A stretch of DNA of 30,292 nucleotides from Utricularia gibba (lineage: Eukaryota > Plantae > Magnoliophyta), in NCBI GenBank assembly GCA_002189035.1, contig NEEC01000343.1, positions 1 to 30,292 on the forward strand, written 5' to 3'. The notes under the pieces are model-generated. The model was given only the letters and a program-made list of their open reading frames with translations. It was not told where the DNA came from and did no database searches. A program made the position numbers and the translations under genes. Positions 24,001 to 30,292 of this stretch are shown piece by piece. Numbering within the stretch: the stretch's first letter is position 1; every line of letters begins with the position of its first letter.

Positions 24001-25073
24001 TCACGATTTTCGTCGAATAGGACCCGATTGGGCTCAGGAGTCGAACCGAACCTTGGGTCCGGACGAATTCCCAACAAGCACCCACCCAAAAACGACAAGC
24101 TTTTCCTTCAGAAACCATGTAGGCAGCTGCCGAAAACCCAACGTTAATAAATGGATCACTTTTTTTTGCCGGGCTACAAATGACTATGGGCCGAGCCGAC
24201 CTGACCTCCGGCCCGATCCTGTGCCCCTCGAGAGCGCCTCCTCAAATAAAAGCTGTGGTTGAGAAAACCATTTGGGGTGCTCATGACATCCTAACTTCAA
24301 AAAATGCATCACGATTTTCGTCGAATAGGACCCGATTGGGCTCAGGAGTCGAACCGAACCTTGGGTCCGGACGAATTTCCGAACAAAGCACCCACCCAAA
24401 AACGACAAGCTTTTCCTTCACAAACCATGTAGGCAGGTGCCGAAAACCCAACGTTAATAAATGGATCACATTTTTTGCCGGGCTACAAATGACTATGGGC
24501 CGAGCCGACCTGACCTCCGGCCCGATCCTGGTGCCCTCGAGAGCGCCTCCTCAAATATAAAGCTTGTGGACAAGAAAACCATTTGGGGTGCTCATGACAT
24601 CCTAACTTCAAAAATGCATCACGATTTTCGTCGAATAGGACCCTTGGGCTCAGGAGTCGAACCGAACCTTGGGTCCGGATGAATTCCCAACGAAAGCACC
24701 CACCAAACGACAAGCTTTTCCTTCAGAAACCATGTAGGCAGCTGCCGAAAACCCAACGTTAATAAATGGATCACTTTTTTGCCGGGCTACAAATGACTAT
24801 GGGCCCGAGTTCGACCCGACCTCCGGCCGATCCTAGTGCCCCTCGAGAGCGCCTCCTCAAATAAAAGCTTGTGGACAGAAAACCATTTGGGGTGCTCATG
24901 ACATCCTAACTTCAAAAAATGCATCACGATTTTCGTCGAATAGGACCCATTGGGCTCAGGAGTCGAACCGAACCTTGGGTCCGGACGAATTCCCAACAAA
25001 GCACCCACCAAAAAACGACAAGCTTTTCCTTCAGAAACCATGTAGGCAGCTGCCGAAAACCCAACGTTAATAA

Positions 25074-25379
25074 ATGGATCACTTTTTTTGCCGGGCTACA
25101 AATGACTATGGGCCCGAGCCGACTGACCTCCGGCCCGATCCTGTGCCCCTCGAGAGCGCCTCCTCAAATATAAAGCTTGTGGATGAGAAAACCATTTGGG
25201 GTGCTCATGACATCCTAACTTCAAAAAATGCATCACGATTTTCGTCGAATAGGACCGATTGGGCTCAGGAGTCGAACCGAACCTTGGGTCCGGACGAACT
25301 TCCAACAAAGCACCCACCCAAAAACGACAAGCTTTTCCTTCAGAAACCATGTAGGCAGGTGCCGAAAACCCAACGTTAA
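25074..25379 (+). other. Example of a monomer-length ORF (ATG directly after TAATAA through to the next TAA); probably non-coding
   Basis: The ORF track shows 101-aa versions at 5523-5828, 10435-10740 and 25074-25379, each with compensating indels. The error-free consensus gives 103 codons plus TAA TAA = 315 bp. I recognise no homologue, and common monomer variants introduce TGA stops. Confidence 0.12.
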
Positions 25380-28300
25380 TAAATGGATCACTTTTTTGCC
25401 GGGCTACAAATGACTATGGGGCCGAGCCCGACCTGACCTCCCGGCCCGATCCTGGTGCCCCTCGAGAGCGCCTCCTCAAATATAAAGCTTGTGGACAAGA
25501 AAACCATTTGGGGTGCTCATGACATCCTAACTTCAAAAAATGCATCACGATTTTCGTCGAATAGGACCCCATTGGGCTCAGGAGTCGAACCGAACCTTGG
25601 GTCCGGATGAATTCCCAACAAAGCACCCACCCAAAAACGACAAGCTTTTCCTTCAGAAACCATGTAGGCAGCTGCCGAAAACCCAACGTTAATAAATGGA
25701 TCACTTTTTTTGCCGGGCTACAAATGACTATGGGCCCGAGCCGACCTGACCTCCGGCCCGATCCTGTGCCCCTCGAGAGCGCCTCCTCAAATATAAAGCT
25801 GTGGATGAGAAAACCATTTGGGGTGCTCATGACATCCTAACTTCAAAAATGCATCACGATTTTCGTCGAATAGGACCCGATTGGGCTCAGGAGTCGAACC
25901 GAACCTTGGGTCCGGACGAATTCCAACAAAAGCACCCACCCAAAAACGACAAGCTTTTCCTTCAGAAACCATGTAGGCAGCTGCCGAAAACCCAACGTTA
26001 AAAAATGGATCACTTTTTTTGCCGGGCTACAAATGACTATGGGCCCGAGTCGACCTGACCTCCGGCCCGATCCTAGTGCCCCTCGAGAGCGCCTCCTCAA
26101 ATAAAAAGCTGTGGGAGAAAACCATTTGGGGTGCTCATGACATCCTAACTTCAAAAAAATGCATCACGATTTTCGTCGAATAGGACCCGATTGGGCTCAG
26201 GAGTCGAACCGAACCTTGGGTCCGGACGAATTCCCAACAAAGCACCCACCCAAAAACGACAAGCTTTTCCTTCAGAAACATGTAGGCAGCTGCCGAAAAC
26301 CCAACGTTAATAAATGGATCACTTTTTTGCCGGGCTACAAATGACTATGGGCCGAGCCCGACCTGACCTCCGGCCCGATCCTGGTGCCCCTCGAGAGCGC
26401 CTCCTCAAATATAAAGCTTGTGGACAAGAAAACCATTTGGGGTGCTCATGACATCCTAACTTCAAAAAATGCATCACGATTTTCGTCGAATAGGACCCTT
26501 GGGCTCAGGAGTCGAACCGAACCTTGGGTCCGGACGAATTTCCCAACAAAGCACCCACCAAAAACGACAAGCTTTTCCTTCAGAAACCATGTAGGCAGCT
26601 GCCGAAACCCAACGTTAATAAATGGATCACTTTTTTTGCCGGGCTACAAATGACTATGGGCCCGAGCCGACCGACCTCCGGCCCGATCCTAGTGCCCCTC
26701 GAGAGCGCCTCCTCAAATATAAAGCTTGTGGAGAAAAAACCATTTGGGGTGCTCATGACATCCTAACTTCAAAAATGCATCACGATTTTCGTCGAATAGG
26801 ACCCATTGGGCTCAGGAGTCGAACCGAACCTTGGGTCCGGACGAATTCCCAACAAAGCACCCACCCAAAACGACAAGCTTTTCCTTCAGAAACATGTAGG
26901 CAGCTGCCGAAAACCCAACGTTAATAAATGGATCACTTTTTTTGCCGGGCTACAAATGACTATGGGCCCGAGTTCGACCCGACCTCCGGCCCGATCCTAG
27001 TGCCCCTCGAGAGCGCCTCCTCAAATAAAAAGCTTGTGGTTGAGAAAACCATTTGGGGTGCTCATGACATCCTAACTTCAAAAATGCATCACGATTTTCG
27101 TCGAATAGGACCCATTGGGCTCAGGAGTCGAACCGAACCTTGGGTCCGGACGAAGTTCCCAACAAAGCACCCACCAAAAACGACAAGCTTTTCCTTCAGA
27201 AACCATGTAGGCAGCTGCCGAAAACCCAACGTTATAAATGGATCACTTTTTTTGCCGGGCTACAAATGACTATGGGCCCGAGCGATGACCTCCGGCCCGA
27301 TCCTAGTGCCCTCGAGAGCGCCTCCTCAAATAAAAGCTGTGGTTGAGAAAACCATTTGGGGTGCTCATGACATCCTAACTTCAAAAAATGCATCACGATT
27401 TTCGTCGAATAGGACCCGATTGGGCTCAGGAGTCGAACCGAACCTTGGGTCCGGACGAATTCCGAAAAAAGCACCCACCCAAAAACGACAAGCTTTTCCT
27501 TCAGAAACCATGTAGGCAGCTGCCGAAAACCCAACGTTAATAAATGGATCACTTTTTTGCCGGGCTACAAATGACTATGGGCCGAGCCCGACCTGACCTC
27601 CGGCCCGATCCTGGTGCCCCTCGAGAGCGCCTCCTCAAATATAAAGCTTGTGGACAAGAAAACCATTTGGGGTGCTCATGACATCCTAACTTCAAAAAAT
27701 GCATCACGATTTTCGTCGAATAGGACCCGATTGGGCTCAGGAGTCGAACCGAACCTTGGGTCCGGAAATTCCCAACGAAAGCACCCACCCAAAAACGACA
27801 AGCTTTTCCTTCAGAACCATGTAGGCAGCTGCCGAAAACCCAACGTTAATAAATGGATCACTTTTTTTGCCGGGCTACAAATGACTATGGGCCGAGTTCG
27901 ACCCGACCTCCGGCCCGATCCTAGTGCCCCTCGAGAGCGCCTCCTCAAATAAAAAAGCTGTGGTTGAGAAAACCATTTGGGGTGCTCATGACATCCTAAC
28001 TTCAAAAAATGCATCACGATTTTCGTCGAATAGGACCCGATTGGGCTCAGGAGTCGAACCGAACCTTGGGTCCGGACGAAGTTCCGAACAAAGCACCCAC
28101 CCAAAAACGACAAGCTTTTCCTTCAGAAACCATGTAGGCAGCTGCCGAAAACCCAACGTTAATAAATGGATCACTTTTTTTGCCGGGCTACAAATGACTA
28201 TGGGCCCGAGCGACCCGACCTCCGGCCCGATCCTGTGCCCCTCGAGAGCGCCTCCTCAAATAAAAGCTGTGGTTGAGAAAACCATTTGGGGTGCTCATGA

Positions 28301-30292
28301 CATCCTAACTTCAAAATGCATCACGATTTTCGTCGAATAGGACCATTGGGCTCAGGAGTCGAACCGAACCTTGGGTCCGGACGAAGTTCCCAATGAAAGC
28401 ACCCACCAAAAACGACAAGCTTTTCCTTCAGAAACCATGTAGGCAGCTGCCGAAAACCCAACGTTAATAAATGGATCACTTTTTTTGCCGGGCTACAAAT
28501 GACTATGGGCCGAGCCGACCTGACCTCCGGCCCGATCCTAGTGCCCCTCGAGAGCGCCTCCTCAAATATAAAGCTTGTGGTTGAGAAAACCATTTGGGGT
28601 GCTCATGACATCCTAACTTCAAAAAATGCATCGATTTTCGTCGAATAGGACCCGATTGGGCTCAGGAGTCGAACCGAACCTTGGGTCCGGACGAATTCCC
28701 AACAAAGCACCCACCAAAACGACAAGCTTTTCCTTCAGAAACCATGTAGGCAGCTGCCGAAAACCCAACGTTAATAAATGGATCACTTTTTTGCCGGGCT
28801 ACAAATGACTATGGGCCGAGCCGACCCGACCTCCGGCCCGATCCTAGTGCCCCTCGAGAGCGCCTCCTCAAATATAAAGCTTGTGGACAAGAAAAACCAT
28901 TTGGGGTGCTCATGACATCCTAACTTCAAAAAATGCATCACGATTTTCGTCGAATAGGACCCGATTGGGCTCAGGAGTCGAACCGAACCTTGGGTCCGGA
29001 CGAATTCCCAACAAAGCACCCACCCAAAAACGACAAGCTTTTCCTTCAGAAACAATGTAGGCAGCTGCCGAAAACCCAACGTTAATAAATGGATCACTTT
29101 TTTTCCGGGCTACAATGACTATGGGCCGAGCGACCCGACCTCCGGCCCGATCCTGTGCCCTCGAGAGCGCCTCCTCAAATAAAAAGCTTGTGGTTGAGAA
29201 AACCATTTGGGGTGCTCATGACATCCTAACTTCAAAAAATGCATCACGATTTTCGTCGAATAGGACCCGATTGGGCTCAGGAGTCGAACCGAACCTTGGG
29301 TCCGGACGAATTCCCAACGAAAGCACCCACCCAAAAACGACAAGCTTTTCCTTCAGAAACCATGTAGGCAGCTGCCGAAAACCCAACGTTAATAAATGGA
29401 TCACTTTTTTTGCCGGGCTACAAATGACTATGGGCCCGAGCGACCCGACCTCCGGCCCGATCCTAGTGCCCCTCGAGAGCGCCTCCTCAAATATAAAGCT
29501 GTGGTGAGAAAACCATTTGGGTGCTCATGACATCCTAACTTCAAAAAATGCATCACGATTTTCGTCGAATAGGACCCGATTGGGCTCAGGAGTCGAACGA
29601 ACCTTGGGTCCGGACGAAGTTCCAACAAAGCACCCACCAAAAACGACAAGCTTTTCCTTCAGAAACCATGTAGGCAGCTGCCGAAAACCCAACGTTAATA
29701 AATGGATCACTTTTTTTGCCGGGCTACAAATGACTATGGGCCCGAGCCCGACCCGACCTCCGGCCGATCCTGGTGCCCTCGAGAGCGCCTCCTCAAATAT
29801 AAAGCTTGTGGATGAGAAAACCATTTGGGGTGCTCATGACATCCTAACTTCAAAAATGCATCACGATTTTCGTCGAATAGGACCGGATTGGTCGAACGAG
29901 TTCCCAATGAAAGCACCACCAAAAACGACAAGCTTTTCCTTCAGAAACCATGTAGGCAGCTGCCGAAAACCCAACGTTAATAAATGGATCACTTTTTTGC
30001 CGGGCTACAAATGACTATGGGCCGAGACGAATGACCTCCGGCCCGATCCTAGTGCCCCTCGAGAGCGCCTCCTCAAATAAAAAGCTGTGGTTGAGAAAAC
30101 CATTTGGGGTGCTCATGACATCCTAACTTCAAAAAATGCATCACGATTTTCGTCGAATAGGACCCGATTGGCTCTCAGGAGTCGAACCGAACCTTGGGTC
30201 CGGACGAATTCCCAACAAAGCACCCACCCAAAAACGACAAGCTTTTCCTTCAGAAACCATGTAGGCAGCTGCCGAAAACCCAACGTTAATAA

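Larger units (their letters stand above)
14788..28200 (+). repeat. Trimeric higher-order repeat domain (X-Y-Z)n, ~927 bp as read (~945 bp expected without read deletions), about 14 copies
   Basis: Y-type monomers (GAGCCCGACCTGACC, CCTGGTG, AAATATAAAGCTTGTGGACAAG) start at 15095, 16021, 16947, 17876, 18621, 19549, 20475, 20785, 21712, 22638, 23568, 24496, 25417, 26348 and 27578, mostly 921-931 bp apart. The X-type marker GGCAGGTG lies at 17812, 18557, 19486, 20412, 20722, 22574, 24432 and 25354. Confidence 0.85.
1..30292. repeat. Tandem satellite DNA array, ~315-bp monomer, about 98 head-to-tail copies, running off both ends of the window
   Basis: The landmark GGGCTACAAATGACTATGGG recurs throughout. 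The T of TGGGC falls at 301, 610, 916, 1224, 1531, 1838, 2148, 2460, 2768, 3079 ... 30018, spacing 304-315 bp apart from two shortened copies. I counted 99 units including partial ends and one truncated unit. No non-repeat sequence or inversion was seen. Confidence 0.99.

Noticed and set aside
60-30014. The ~190 ORFs in the six-frame track as protein-coding genes
   Set aside because: All are mosaics of the same few peptides (KTIWGAHDILTS, GSCRKPNVNKWITFF, KLGCHEHPKWFS, IHLLTLGFRQLP) that switch frame at homopolymer indels. They are translations of one repeat unit, with no recognisable domain.
1-30292. Never-ending ORF or DRT2/Neo-type concatemeric gene, since 315 is divisible by 3
   Set aside because: I translated the 315-bp unit in all six frames and each contains at least one stop, including with the common variant alleles on the + strand. 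No frame stays open across monomer junctions, and no reverse transcriptase gene is in the window.
1-30292. Rolling-circle concatemer of a single ~315-nt circle (viroid, viroid-like RNA, eccDNA or RCA library artefact)
   Set aside because: Copies of one template would differ only by random error. Here linked multi-site haplotypes alternate with a 3-monomer period and change by region along the array.
1-30292. CRISPR array
   Set aside because: The variable segments are point variants of the same sequence rather than unique spacers, the constant part is far longer than 23-50 bp, and no cas genes are present.

Overview
The whole 30,292-bp window is one uninterrupted head-to-tail tandem array (satellite DNA) of about 98 copies of a ~315-bp, ~50% GC monomer, all in the same orientation. 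It has no unique sequence, recognisable gene, transposon or CRISPR array, and the ORF track only reflects the same monomer read in six frames. Copies read 304-315 bp with mostly single-base homopolymer deletions, which looks like a raw long read or an unpolished contig. Beneath that noise the array is structured. (1) The monomer is an old dimer of ~155 + ~160 bp subunits, about 70% identical in the best-aligned block. (2) Linked variants define monomer types X, Y and Z that form a regular trimeric higher-order repeat (HOR, ~927 bp as read) from ~14.8 to ~28.2 kb, with two phase slips and one 183-bp deletion at an ACAT microhomology. (3) The left 14 kb carries a different variant set and a looser 5-to-4-mer periodicity, and some of its variants return at the right edge. 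More speculative points are a monomer-length 103-codon ORF, a Pol III B-box-like motif, and hints of a plant origin. I found no evidence of a new protein-coding system; the main interest is the satellite's architecture and evolution. All counts and alignments were done by eye.
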